Part shown: positions 50,101-61,960 of the stretch, one piece after another
How positions within the stretch are numbered: the first letter of the stretch is position 1
How the letters are laid out: every line of letters starts with the position of its first letter
Origin: Haplodiscus bocki
Taxonomy: Eukaryota
Direction: 5' to 3'
Assembly: GCA_965655095.1 (NCBI GenBank)
Contig: OZ296651.1
Location: 57,288,001 to 57,352,000 of the forward strand
DNA length: 64,000 nt
The notes under the pieces: model-generated
Told to the model about the DNA's origin: nothing
What the model saw: only the letters and a program-made list of their open reading frames with translations
Databases searched by the model: none
Translations under genes and position numbers: made by a program

Positions 50101-53100
50101 ATTAATGTTTTTACTTGCGTTTGTTAACACTGTTTCCATCACAGACCGGTAGTCCGATTGGTTTCATCCAGCACTGATTCGACTAATTGCTTGCAAGACC
50201 TTCTAAAGAATAGCGCGAATTGTCTTGAAGTTTTTATCGCAAAATGTTTCACCTTGTTTTCTGGCAAATTTTGATGTTTTACTTGCTTGATCGTTTGAAA
50301 TTGCTTTTTTCATGAGTATTGGTTGGACTCGGTTTGCCAGAGTTGATTCAACTGGTCGATATTTTGTGCTTCTGACGAGCAGCTGGTATGGTTTGCACAA
50401 TGATTTGAATTCAAAAAATCAGATGTTGTTTCTTGCGTTATTCATGAAAAAAATGTTCTTCCTTATGAATTGTGATTCGATTTTGTCAGTCGAGTCCTGA
50501 TTCCATTACTTGCTACATGGAGTTTGTGCAGAGCAGCTGGGTTTTTGTTTTTACACTTTTTATGCGAAGCGTCGTAACTCGTATTTGATAAAAACGGAGA
50601 ATTTCAGTTGCCTCTCTCCGTAAAAGTTTTTCTCATTGACTACAGGTCAGATTGAGTCTATCTAACGGCTGATTCAACTAGGTTCAATATTTGGTATCTG
50701 GAGTTTACGACTAGTCGCTAAAATGTTGGATATTGATGCTTTTTCGCGAAATATCGTGTCTTGTATTTGTGGAATGGAAGTTGTTTCTCGCGTTGTTCGT
50801 GAAAACTTTTACCATCAACTTCTTCTCAGATTCGGTCATTGCATTGTTGATTCAAATTGGTGTTGCCGGGAGTCTTTGATAAGAAGCCAGGATGTATTGT
50901 TTTCAGCTTTCACCGCGAAATATCTCAACTGGTGTTTGAAAAAATTGATGTTTTTGCTTGTGTCGTTAGAACTGTTTTTCTTGATGACTTAATGGCGACT
51001 ATTTGGATTGGGTCCGTCCAGCGCTAACTCAACGTGTTTGTGCGTTCTGTTTCTGAGGAGTAACAAGGATTTTCAATTGTGACCTTTTGTGTGGGCAGAA
51101 GTTTTTACTTGCGATAGTAATAGGAAGTTTTTCTTTAGTACCAGCTGTAGTAAGTCCCTCTGGTGATGGTTCAACTACTCGCTGCTGGGAGTTTTGGACG
51201 AGTAGTGATTATCGTGTTTTTCAAATTTCATCGGGAAATGTCCTAAATGATTTCGTTTCCTTCATTCGTCAAAGCTGTTTTTCTTTTTGCTGGGATTGGG
51301 ATTATGTACCTCCTTGGCTCATGAAACTTTTTGCTTGGAAAATCTACAAAGTAGCAAAGCAGTTGTTTTCACACTTATTACTTACAATCTGAACTTGCTT
51401 CATGAAAATTTTTAGATTTTTTGCTTCTTTTCTTGGTAAACACCTGTCCGATTGCGTCCATCCAATGATACTTCTCGTTGCTCTACGTAGTAACAGGGAT
51501 AATCTGCGCCAGCCTTTCATTGAAAAACCGTGGACTTGTTTGTCTTGTGAAGAACTTTTACCGAGAATTTTTTTCCGTTTTTCCTTTTGTTTTCATGGGA
51601 ACTAAGGATTGTTTTTACCTCAATGCTTAAATGCTTCTGGAATAATGGTAAGTAGGATTGCTTTTGAATAGCTGAACTTTCCATTCTCTGTTTTTCACTT
51701 CAGATGTTTTTCTGCGAATTTTGCTACATAAATAAGTTTAAGAATGGAGCGAACAGTTTTTGAAAGTCAGTGCGCAATAGTCTATTCCGTTTCGCATCAT
51801 AATCGCGCAAGTCTTTGCGAAGTGCAGCTTCGCTTCTGTCCTACAATCTGCATCAAGATCCGGGTTCACTGAAAAAGTTGCTATATTTTCTGGGGATACT
51901 TTAGTAAGACATCTATCTATGCAGTAACGTAATTTATCAAATACTGGAGTTTTTGGGTTGCCAGCTTTGCGAAGCTCCACGTTGCTTCTGTGTACACTCA
52001 CTCAATTTAGCCTTTGCAATCAACCTGATTTTTCGAATGTGTACAACTCCCAATTGCTGCCGCTGGAAGCACGTTTTCATTCGCTCTTTAGTTGAATTAG
52101 CAGCTAATTTATCGAGTGAACTGCTGTGCTATGGGGAAAGTTTTTACACTGAACATCTCTTGGAAAATTTTATACGAAACGAGGTTTTTTGGAAGCTTTT
52201 TTGTTTCTTTGGGGTAAGTAGACAGAGATATCTAATTTTGGTGAATTCCCCAAGTAAGTTTTTAGATACGAATTCAGCATAAATTATTACAAACGCCGCA
52301 AATGCAAAAAAAAATCATATGCTGTCAAGTAGAGAAAATGCAAATTTGCATTTCTTAATTTTTGAAAACCTAGGTGGCAGTAATATCTACACTTAATTTC
52401 TTCAAAATACCCAAAATTTCTTTTTTTTCGCTGAGAAAACCCATGAGAAAATTTTTTGCACCGCACCCAAATTTTAGTTGGTGCTAGATTAAGTCTACTC
52501 ATTAGTAGCGTGCAATAGTCAGGTGTTTTAGAGGTGTGTGTGCCAAGATGTGGGGCTTCTAAACTGACAAATACCGCCAAAATAGCGAAAATTACCTCGA
52601 TATTCATTGTTTTGCAAGAAATTTCTGTCGAAAAAACTGTTGAACAGCAGCCAAATTTTGGTGTGGTAGATTAGAATGTTGTCGCAGCGTTCATTCAAGA
52701 CCAGAGAATTCCGTCGAATAGTTAGAGATGTTGAGCTTTGCAGAAAAATTTTGGTTTGGAAGTGAAAGTGGAAAAACTTTTGCCTCTGAATTTACCAGTG
52801 TTGGGGTCTAAAGAGGCTCGGCGCTGCTCGCCTAAATATAGTAATTGTAGTGTAATACTAGCGATTAAAAATACTTAGATTTGCAATGAAATCAAATAGA
52901 AAACGTTCGGATTTGAAGACTCACGTTTCACAGTTGTGTGCGAAGAATGTGCTTTTGCCTCTACTAACATTTGCACTGAAATTTTCAACCTGCTCGCTAG
53001 TATTGGCGAAGTGCAATTTCGCCTCGGAGTTTGTATTAGTCTGGTGGAACTAGCAAAAGGGATGGTGCTATGCGTTGGTTAACCTAATCAGGAACCCCTG

Positions 53101-53968
53101 AAAAAAATCAGTTTTGAAAGTGGGATGACTATCAGAAAATGGAAGAGGAGAAATACGAGTATCTCTTCTCCGCCTTTATAGGTCCAATACTAATTGTGCA
53201 GAAGGTCCATTGAAACAAAATACTGCCTATTTCGACGTCTAATTTTTAATCTGTTTAATATTACGCGGTGACCTACAAATATTGGAGACTTCCCTCTTAT
53301 TGAGGGCCCACCTATTGTCCGAGAACTTTGTACTGGACCCCCTGGTATTTGTACCCTCTATAATTCATTTCGTTCACCAAAGTAAGTGAAACCTCGATCC
53401 TTCTTGTTTCAGTGCAAGTCACGCGGTAACTAAGTGAATCAAGTTTTCACCGAAGCTTTGTCAATTCTATTCTCGTAATATTCTACTCATTTATTTCAAA
53501 ATCATTCGTCAGCTAATGTGAAAATAGCTGGTTTTCTGAATTTTGGCATTGTTGTTTTCTTGGACCTTAATAAATGCAATATTTCTGAATTTTTCACAAT
53601 GTTTTTATGAATTATTAATTACAGGAATCGCTTACCAAAGCACTGCCCGAGACAGTTTGATCGGTGACTCCGAAAAGTCCTGGGCCGTCGGATTCCTTGC
53701 AAGTGAGGACGGAAAACTGTTTTGCTACCACAACAGAAGGAAGAAACGCCTGTCTGTAGAAATCATGCCATCAATGAAATCAGTCACTTTTGGAATCCTC
53801 CTTGACCTGGATGACGGCTACGTGGCGTTCTTCTTGACTGAACTCAATCAGCATCTGCACTCGTTCAAGGTCAACTTCTCCGAGCCAGTGTATCCGGCAT
53901 TTTCTGCGTGGCCAGCCGATATTCAAGTGAATTCTGGATTGCCAGTTCCAGATTCTTTGCTTCTATGA
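19743..53968 (+). CDS. Class C-I TRIM E3 ligase (MID1/MID2/TRIM9 family): RING end-Bbox1-Bbox2-coiled coil-COS-3xFN3-SPRY; 10 exons seen, 5' exon(s) missing; >=915 aa
   Basis: join(19743..20116,28333..28677,29048..29281,29688..29874,30213..30446,31164..31292,32360..32737,42377..42634,43160..43423,53625..53968) = 2747 nt. All splice phases are consistent and there are no internal stops. Confidence 0.9.
20345..21500. repeat. Two diverged ~290-bp direct repeats (about 20345-20625 and 21195-21500)
   Basis: Shared colinear blocks TCCTGTCTT.ACAG.AAGCT, GTTTAGCGG, CAAACGCATT, TGCTTAG, AATTGACCGGG. Confidence 0.6.
28333..28677 (+). CDS. TRIM exon: B-box 2 + start of coiled coil
   Basis: ttttag| ...[35 protein letters not shown] (MID1-like) |gtaaat. 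Confidence 0.92.
29048..29281 (+). CDS. TRIM exon: coiled coil
   Basis: tttcag| ESKV...MKETDQISFLQ |gtcaga; 234 nt, phase 0-0. Confidence 0.9.
29688..29874 (+). CDS. TRIM exon: COS box
   Basis: tttcag| ...VDFAREKSILKNLNFLK |gttagt. Confidence 0.85.
30213..30446 (+). CDS. TRIM exon: FN3 #1 N-half (3' boundary uncertain, probable GC donor)
   Basis: ttttag| PGAVKVEPSFC...LIIRW...YHVIYR...W, followed by an acidic insert. Confidence 0.75.
31164..31292 (+). CDS. TRIM exon: FN3 #1 C-half
   Basis: IDELEADTEYEVCVIAVNMAGQS = FN3 LxxxTxYxxxVxAxNxxGxS motif; strong donor AG|gtaaga. Confidence 0.85.
32360..32737 (+). CDS. TRIM exon: complete FN3 #2 (phase 1-1)
   Basis: ttctag| PKTPIVDEDDC...FKW...FVVEY...W...DLAYNTVYLIRVKAVSSTGSSDFSE |gttagt. 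Confidence 0.88.
34430..36420. repeat. Highly diverged ~180-bp tandem (satellite-like) repeat
   Basis: CTCGATTTTC...GAAAA..ATC..AAAATT...TCGTTAA...AAATTCAG recurs near 35619, 35805, 35980, 36162 and 36343, with weaker copies at 34436, 34933 and 35126. Confidence 0.6.
37355..41720. repeat. Cluster of duplicated modules (37360-37680 ~ 39670-39970; 40490-40990 ~ 41020-41620; related copy at 49040-49380)
   Basis: Shared strings TCGTTGAAAGTGTTT.CCATGAAG, CTTGTAATTTGAAAATCAT, TCATCTAG, GGTACTTGTCTCAATTT, GTCAGAATGTGTT. Confidence 0.6.
42377..42634 (+). CDS. TRIM exon: FN3 #3
   Basis: tttcag| PETPVILEEHC...LQW...YTVEYR...W...LLYDTEYSVRVKALNISG |gtgaga. Confidence 0.9.
43160..43423 (+). CDS. TRIM exon: FN3 #3 end + PRY/SPRY N-part
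   Basis: ttttag| ESDYSD...FSMDVETAHVNLK...VLGD...GKHYWE |gtttgt. Confidence 0.9.
46290..47160. repeat. About 2.5 tandem copies of a ~345-bp diverged unit
   Basis: CAGAATA at 46359, 46704 and 47051; TTGTCCTAATTGCAATCTACACT.TGTAACTCAAGTACTGG shared by the first two copies. Confidence 0.7.
48465..48765 (+). repeat. Two decayed tRNA-like/SINE-like heads
   Basis: B-box-like GCGGTCTCGAAACCCGGTATAGGC (~48510) and GCGGGTTCCAATCCCAGCATAAGC (~48730). Confidence 0.3.
53625..53968 (+). CDS. TRIM terminal exon: SPRY C-part
   Basis: acag| GIAY...IGDSEKSW...GILLDLDDGYVAFF...LHSF...PVYPAFS...SGLPVP..*. Confidence 0.92.
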
Positions 53969-54250
53969 TAAGACATGATATGATCATAGTGCATGACGCC
54001 AGTCTCCAAAAGTTGACAGTGAAACCAGCAATGCGCAAAAAATGAGTTTGGAAACGGCTGAATTGAACGGAAAAATTTGCGTCAATTAATTTCAAAAGAG
54101 CTTCATCGAAAGTTGAATATAAGCTCCCAGCACTTATCTTTAAACTACGAAAGATGTGGGTGGAAAATGCTTAATGGGTAGAAGTGAAAATCGCTTATAT
54201 TTCCTCAGTTGAATAGCTCAATAGTTCGTTTTTAAAAGCTTTAGAAATAG

Positions 54251-54256
54251 AATAAA
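54251..54256 (+). promoter_or_regulatory. Candidate poly(A) signal of the TRIM gene
   Basis: AATAAA about 280 nt after the stop, followed by GT-rich sequence. Confidence 0.35.
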
Positions 54257-56382
54257 GATAAGTTCTCTCTGTATTTGTTGTATAGAATCTATAAATTATT
54301 TTAGAGCAGCAGTATAAAAGAATTGTGTTGTTGACTAGTTTCCTGTGAGTATCGTATAGCCTTTATTTATCATGCGCGTTGCCAAAATGATTGCATTTGA
54401 ACATAGATTTTCTGGAATCCTTTCCAACAGAAAAGACAGTTCTTTTTCTGAATTTGATGCATATTTATCAGAGGGCCTTAAAAATTGTGCATATACGTAT
54501 CTCAAATTTTGATTCAGGTTTTCGGAATCGAAGTTTCATCCTTTGTGAAAAGCATCAGATACGGTACTGCAAGATTTTTTTGAATTTATGTGTTTAATTG
54601 CAATGAAACCTCTACTTAACCGTGCTTTTTAGACAATTGTGCTTCAGAAGATAATTTTTTGTGCATGTGTGGTGCCGATAAAAAAGCTTCCTGATTCTCA
54701 AATTTAATTTGTATGTCGTAAAATCTGCCTAGAGCTCTTTGAAAAAGGGGTCAACTGGGCGTCCCAAACAATGTCTTGTCTTTTTGAGGTGCTGTATTAT
54801 TATCTCAAATTTATTTTAGTCTTCCATCCACAGTTACAATGCAATTAAAAATTTTAGTACTTTGATGTCTTAGGTTGTGTTAATGCAACAGCGGTGTTTT
54901 CTGAAATTCGCTTCAATTCTGATGTTTTTCAATCACTTGATAAAATAACTGTTGCCAGATGTCAAATAAATAATTCTGAAGGAGCCAAACGCAATAAGTC
55001 TCGAACAAACTTCAAAAACAACATGAAACGACAGTTATTCCGTGGACTGAAACTTTTGAAGCCTATTGCTTTTGCTTCGCTAAAATTCTGAAATCTCAAA
55101 CGCTGCGCAGCTGTGCATGACGGAGAAAGCGGAAGAAGAATTATGTTCGGAGCGAAAAGGATAGCCTGTCTATGCTTACTTTTTGGATCTCACGGTTGTG
55201 AATGGCACTCATTCTACTAACATCTGCTCATCTGTTGAACGAACATCTCTATTTACTTTCGTTCACTTTCAAGTGAAATTGATGCAATTTTTGTCAATTT
55301 CATGCGCTTAACATTTTTTGCTTTCTCAAAATTATAGGCTATTTCCGCGAAATTGGCCAACGCTCTTCGATTATGCTACTTTCTTAGCTCTTAATGTATA
55401 GAATCTTTGATGCCTACGTTTTTTTGCGAATGTAGTCGAGGTAAAATCTTCAACTTTCATCGGGTGCGTTTTTGGCATTCAGAAGACCGCTGTGGCTCTT
55501 GTCTTCTCTAAGGGAGCTATTTTGCTTCTACTTAGATCCAAGGTCACTTATGAAATGTGTTGACGAATTATGATGATGCAATTGGATTCAAATGAATTAT
55601 TTCCTCAATTCCGCGCAAATTTCATAATTTCTACTCTTATCAAATTGTGATGGTGCATCCACATTATAATTTAATTAAATGCTTATCAAATGACAGAATA
55701 TAGTTTTATCTATTTGACAAGTTTTTATCTTGCAATTCTCTGGGTTACTTGCAGAAACTTTCAAAAGTGAGTAGAACGAGAGCATGCATAAATTTTCCTG
55801 GAAGCGTGGAACATTACCTAACAGAGCCCCTGCGAATTGTTCGACACTGAGGCCAAAAACATTCCTTATAATTCTTGAAACCGTGCAAGCAGCACTTACT
55901 TCTCTGACGTTCTCACTTTGTTCGTTTTGATCACCTCTATTGGCCCCATAACCAGTGCATGGTACATGATACATGAATACAAGTAAAATTACTTAAGCTA
56001 TTCAGAAAGTATACACGTCCTCATAACATACATGATTTTCTTCTCGTGTATACGAAAGCATGAAACGAAGATTTCGAACAGACTGGCAGACATGTTTAGC
56101 TCGAAATGTATCTTTTCTTTTCGGTGAAGTTTCAATTCAGCTGTACTGGACAGTTTTTCACCGAGAATTTTTTGAGTTTGCACTTCTCACCTGGCGAAAA
56201 TTTTGGAATATTGGGAGTGTCGAAATTTTAACGACTCCCCCTTACATATTTTGATCCTTGTGGGCACCAACAACGAAAGGGTTACTGCTTTATTTTTACA
56301 TCAGGGTGCGTTAAAAATACATCAGCAGGAAATACATGAATATGTCATACAGTAAAGAATATCTGATTTATGATAAAAACAT

Positions 56383-57894
56383 ATGCACCTCAACACACTC
56401 GGCAGAACTATTTTTTTCAGGATCACAATGTACTTCTGTATAATTGTTGTTTCAGTCATTTTGGAAGTTTTTTTCATTCCGTACACTAAAGTTGAAGAAA
56501 GTTTCAACATCCAAGCCATTCACGACATTCTTCACTTCGGAACCAATCTATCATCTTACGACCATTTCCTGTTTCCTGGAGTGGTGCCTCGAACATTTAT
56601 TGGACCTTTACTGGTTTCTATGTCAGCTTATCCTTTGCACCTTGCAAATGAGTATATGGAATATTCTGGTCTAAATTCGCTCTACATATCTAGATTATGC
56701 CTCGCGGCTATCAACTTGATTGCTTTATTTTTCTTCACAAGACAAGTGACTCATTTATTCTCAGCCCAAGTCTCCAAATATTTCTGCCTTCTTACGTTAT
56801 CACAGTTCCATTTTTTGTTTTACATTTCAAGACCTTTGCCCAACACGTTTGCAATGATTTTCGTGCTTATTACGTATTATTTCTTTCTAAAACAAAATTT
56901 GCCTGCTTTTATTTGGACATCTGCATTTGTGATTCTTGTTTTCAGATCTGAGCTTGCAATTTTGTTGGGTTTGTTTCTCTTGATGAAACTTATCTCGAAG
57001 AATATTTCTTTAACGACAGTTATAGTCCATGGGTTTTTGGCTCTAGTAGTCTGGGTTGCCTTAACAACGTGCATTGATTCCTTTTTCTGGCAAAAATGGA
57101 ACTGGCCTGAAGGAGGTGTCTTTTATTTCAACGTCGTGCTCAACAAAAGTGCAGAATGGGGAACTATGCCTTTTCATGCGTACTTCACGAAACTGTTGCC
57201 AAAAGCTTTGGGTCCTGCAGTTTTGCTAATGATCCCTTGTTCCATGTTTTTGGACACCCGGTTTCGAAGACTTGCGATTCCTTGTTTAGGTTTCGTTCTT
57301 GTGTATTCTGTACTCCCGCATAAAGAGCTGCGCTTTGTTATCTATGTTGTTCCAATGTTGAATCTTGTAGCAGCCCGTGCTTGGAGTTTCTGCAGTAACA
57401 ACTTTGCGAAAGGGTTCCGCTATAAAGTTATGTCGTTATCAATTCTTTGTATGGTCCTGGCAAACTGCAGTGCGAAGTGGATTATGTTGAAATGTTCCTA
57501 CGAGAATTATCCTGGTGGTGTAGCGCTGGAAAAATTCCACAAATATGTAGCCCCCAGCGCGGAAGTGAATCTCCATATGGATAACCTTGCGTGCCAAACA
57601 GGAGCTGTGAGATTCGGACAAGTTAACTCGAACTGGGTTTATAACAAAACTGAGAACCTGAAACCCGGCAGTCTTGAGACATTGCAGTTTACGCATCTTT
57701 TAGTAGATATGTCGACGGAATATCAAGTTTATAAAAGTACCCATACTGTGTTATTTACTGTCAGAGGGTACTCGAAGGTTGAAATTGTTCAAAAATGGCC
57801 TTTCATTGAGATTGTTACCAAACCGCAGATATTGGCTTTACAGCATAAAAATTATGATTACGGTTCTGGAAAGTTCATTTTAAAGAAAGCATGA
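56383..57894 (+). CDS. ALG12: Dol-P-Man:Man7GlcNAc2-PP-Dol alpha-1,6-mannosyltransferase (GT22), single exon
   Basis: 503-aa multi-TM ORF with PYTKVEESFNIQA.HD, YDH..FPGVVPRTFIGP, QFH..FY.SRPLPN, FRSEL, IDS.FW..WPEG.V.YFN...NKS..WG, YS.LPHKELRF, NYPGG, QTG..RF, YNKTE. The true start could be the Met at 56428. Confidence 0.96.
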   Translation: MHLNTLGRTIFFRITMYFCIIVVSVILEVFFIPYTKVEESFNIQAIHDILHFGTNLSSYDHFLFPGVVPRTFIGPLLVSMSAYPLHLANEYMEYSGLNSLYISRLCLAAINLIALFFFTRQVTHLFSAQVSKYFCLLTLSQFHFLFYISRPLPNTFAMIFVLITYYFFLKQNLPAFIWTSAFVILVFRSELAILLGLFLLMKLISKNISLTTVIVHGFLALVVWVALTTCIDSFFWQKWNWPEGGVFYFNVVLNKSAEWGTMPFHAYFTKLLPKALGPAVLLMIPCSMFLDTRFRRLAIPCLGFVLVYSVLPHKELRFVIYVVPMLNLVAARAWSFCSNNFAKGFRYKVMSLSILCMVLANCSAKWIMLKCSYENYPGGVALEKFHKYVAPSAEVNLHMDNLACQTGAVRFGQVNSNWVYNKTENLKPGSLETLQFTHLLVDMSTEYQVYKSTHTVLFTVRGYSKVEIVQKWPFIEIVTKPQILALQHKNYDYGSGKFILKKA

Positions 57895-60800
57895 GACGCA
57901 ACGATATGCTAAGTTTCAAACAAAACTGATATGGTACTCAAAATTGTCAGAAGAGGAAAGACGAATTCGTGAAGTCTATTTGGAAAGAAGACGGGCTGAA
58001 GGCCCAAATGATTGCTTCATCATAGCAGTAGCTTCAGAATCATGGTAGCCGAAAAAATAATTATACATTACATTGTATGATCGCATTTGTAGAAAGATTT
58101 GCCGAAAGACACGTATATTGGTAGGCAATGACCAAGTTTGATTATGTGCTGAGTCGGTCATATTTTGGGTGAAGCAACAAAGTTCATCGTTTTGGACCCA
58201 ACAAAATGAAACTACAAATAAATATATGAACCAGAATTTTTTCAATCATTATTTAAATGAACAAGATTTAGTTCATCTAATTAGATCAAAGTAGTTATTT
58301 TTTGAAGTTTTCTCACCGCTTATTAAAAATGCATTGAAAGCTCAAGTAGAAAACGAGTATGACCTGTAGACTAATGGATTGGAGGCATGTTGCAAAGACA
58401 ATTGATTTTTGACGAAATTTAAAATCAGCGAATACCTGTGGAAAAATTGATGAAACTCTCGGACACCGGAATCTTTTTACCACCGGATTATCTGAGAGTT
58501 TTTGGAAGATTCCTGAACAAACTTTTGAGCTCTGAACAGAAATTTTGGATTCTCGACATCTGACTTGGAACAATTGCCAATACCTATTGGATAAGGATTA
58601 ACTCAGTTCAACCAACATCCGAAGCGTCTCGAGTGACTGTGTTTAAAAGTGGTTCTTGCACAAATTTAATGACCAGATGCCAAACATCTTGCAGTACTTC
58701 TCTTTGAAAATTTTGGTTAAATTGAGTTTTTATTAGCAGAAAAGTATCAAAAACGAATTCTAATTCTTGTGAGGCCGAAACCTTGGTGCTGTGCCCTCGG
58801 CAATTTCCAAATCGTCCGTCTTCACAGGTGCGTGGGCAATATGCATGCCCTTGTTTCGCTCGGGGTTACGTGTCTGATGCGGGCAATTAGATATGAATAC
58901 TTAACGCCCATTAAGCCAGACAATTTTGCGAATTTCCGAAAAGTGGGAAACTGGCGCATTTGAAAGGTCTATTGATGGGCTTCGATTTTCATCTGGTGAT
59001 TTCCTGTTGCCGCGCGCTTGTATTAAAAAATAGAGTAATCTTGGGTTTTAATGCACAAGGATTGGGTACGTGATCGTTCAGACTTGCTTCATATGCGACA
59101 GTGGAAGTAGTATACAATTGTTGACAAAAAATCCTAAATTTTTTTACGGGCGGACATAAAAGTGCCGCTTCAAACCGTAATGCTGTTCGAGTCGGACAAC
59201 ATGACAACAGAATGAGCAAATTGTATCGTGCTATTGAATATGGGTTTGAATAAAACTGAATCGAAAGTTGAAAATTTGATGGGCTGCCTTAAAGCAACCG
59301 TAAGTTGAATTAGGGTTAGGTTTCGGACTCTGGGAATTAAATTTCATGTTTAGACTTATGGACTTTCGGTCTCGTCGAAGAGAGGATTAAAAATATCAGA
59401 AAACCCTCTCCCTGTTTGCGAAGTTTAAGTTTACGGGCGAATATACCGATCAGAGATTTTTAATCCTTTCATCCAAATTGGTCGAACAATGTTTCAGTGT
59501 CAGGGGATTCTCCTATGCCGCATTTCGCCAAAATTTGACTTCTTTTTTTTCAAGTGTATGTCTTCGAAGAAGCACGGCTTTTAGAAGTTAACCAGATTTT
59601 CGAAGTAATAATTTTTGAAGGAATTGTTTCATATTTTCCCCTCAAATTCGGACACAGTTTGACTCCTTCCGCAATGTTTTCCGTGGATGTTTTCTGGATG
59701 TAAATTTGGATAAATTCGGAAATTTATTGCTAAAATACTTTAATTTACTTCTGCATTCAAACAGTCGCTTGGAACAGTTTCTGGAAAAGTAAGATAATCT
59801 ATAGGGAAATCCATCTGAATCACCTGACATTTTTATGTAAAGTAAATATTTGCCGACCATTGTTGCTGTCCAAAGCTGTTCGTGCTGTCATTAGGAAGAC
59901 AAGCTTTGCCATAAACAGTGAAAAAACGCCAAACAGAGTCAAGATTTTTGGCTGGTGATTGTTCATTTCGCTTTCTGCGCGGTGCTAATTTTTTGAAGTG
60001 GTTAGAAAAGTGAACATTCTTTAATTCTCAACGTTCATGAATGACGAGGGAAATTTTGGAGACATAGTTACAACTACTTGTTTCTAATTGTCCTTTTTAC
60101 CAAACGAATGGCTGCTAACTGATACACTAGCGGGCAAAAATATTCAAGACCAAAATTCTTACTCAATTTCAATGTCAAGCACAATAATCTCAATATTTGA
60201 AGTTGGTTTCTGATGGTGCTTTTTGATTGAAAATCGAGTCATTATTTGAGATTTTTAACATTCAAATCTAGCGATATATAAGAAGTATCAAAAACTTGTG
60301 TGTGTTTCTATAGCAATGTATCCTAGAACATTTGACTTTTTGGAAAGTCAAAAGACAGTTTCAAAAAATAAATGCCTGAATAATAGCAGAACAAACTGCA
60401 AAAATACTCGATATAGCCTATATTAATACATGGAGACTGACTTGTCAGTTCAGTTTTTTCCACCGCTACTCCGGAGGTTATTGCTCGAAAATGTCTTGAC
60501 GCACAATTTCAAGCAAAAAGCACAAGTAAAAACTACTTCGAATTTTGAAAAAATTTCCAAAGTGAAAAATTACGGAATTTGGATTTGAACGGATAATGAA
60601 GTGACGGCTTCTTTTGTCGACTAGTGTAAGCTGTGGTGTTTTTTTAGTATACACCTGAGGAAAAGTAGGCGATTTTGGAGTTCAAATTTCAAAAGTTAAT
60701 TAATTTGCAGGAAAACATTTCGATAAACTTCAGATTTTTTTGAAGCCCGTTGTTTGAAAAATGGTATATTCAAAAGTAACGACAACCTTGACTTTGGCCA

Positions 60801-61199
60801 ACTTATCGAACAAACTTCACTACGGGGATAACTCACCGAAAACAGTTTCTCCGTATTAAGTGTCCTCTAAGACATTTGGTTCCAACAATTTTCCCAAAGG
60901 AACCTCCTACGAAGTTCATGCTTATGAAGTGAACTCGCGCTATCACCGTTCTTAATACGTGAAATTCGTAATTTAACCACTCCAAAGAGGCTTTCCAAAG
61001 AAGAAAAATCATCGGTTAAAGCCGGAAAAAAGAGCGTGACAGCGCTCAAATGAGCAATCTGAGATTGATCGACCAAGCAGGGTAGCTTTACATACTTTCT
61101 CGAATATCAAACAATTGATATTTGAAAAAAGTGAGAACATGGCAATTGAACATGAAATGAACTACTCTTAAATGCACAAACACCAATTTAGGGACAATC

Positions 61200-61960
61200 C
61201 AGGGTTATGGCATGGAAAGATGCGGAAGTTCAAATTGTTACCTAACCTGAGGAAAATTCTGCTATCGAACTATTATAGATAAATCTGCTTGTTTATTTTG
61301 ATCAAGACACGAAATACGATAAAGTACTTGAATTAGTCAAAAGTCAAAGCAGAAAATAACGCGTTTGCAAGTTTCATGGTGTGAGAGCTTCTACACATTT
61401 AGTACTGTCGAGAACATTTTATATTTGAACTACTAGTTGGTCAAAATTTTCAAAATACAAAAAACGAAAAAATGGTTAGCGTCGATCAGGGCGGGCGGAA
61501 GCAATGTTTTTTACTCAAACCGACCTTTAGTAAAGATTTAAAACATTTACAAGAGTACATGACTACGCAACGTAGTTTACAAGGGAACGGTAAAGCAGAA
61601 CGATTGTTAAGAACACTAAATATATGGCCAAGAATAAATAGAATTGTATTGTAATAAAACGAGGCAAATCTGAAATGTCTGAATTATTGTTTTCCCTCAG
61701 AATAACAAAAAATTGGAAATGGGAATCTCCGTATGAGCGCAAGTTTGAACTCGAGCCTAACAAGCAGTAAAATCATTTATAGTATGAAGAGTCCCATGTG
61801 CTTTTCTGATGGGAATGATCAGAGAATGGACACCATTTTCAAGGCTGCAAAATGCTTTTGGCAATATGAAACGTAGTTTGGGGAAAATACTCAAAAGTTT
61901 AGCCAAGGAAGTGGAGCAAAGTGATGAAATACTGTGCACGGGAAGTAGAAAAGGTGGATA
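61200..61960 (+). mobile_element. Decayed Ty3/Gypsy-type integrase fragment
   Basis: VSVDQG (second D), QGNGKAERLLRTL (E motif), LFSLRIT...SPYERKF..EPN (the xSPxE motif after the core). Confidence 0.6.

Noticed and set aside
55675-55974. Minus-strand ORF with a GTAAGT donor, as a possible gene divergent from ALG12
   Set aside because: No recognisable domain and no downstream exon chain found.
57874-57894. ER-retrieval dilysine signal at the ALG12 C-terminus (LKKA)
   Set aside because: The lysines are at -2/-3, not the canonical -3/-4 or -3/-5.
59309-59320. TTAGGGTTAGG telomere-like motif
   Set aside because: Under two units; too short to call an interstitial telomere.
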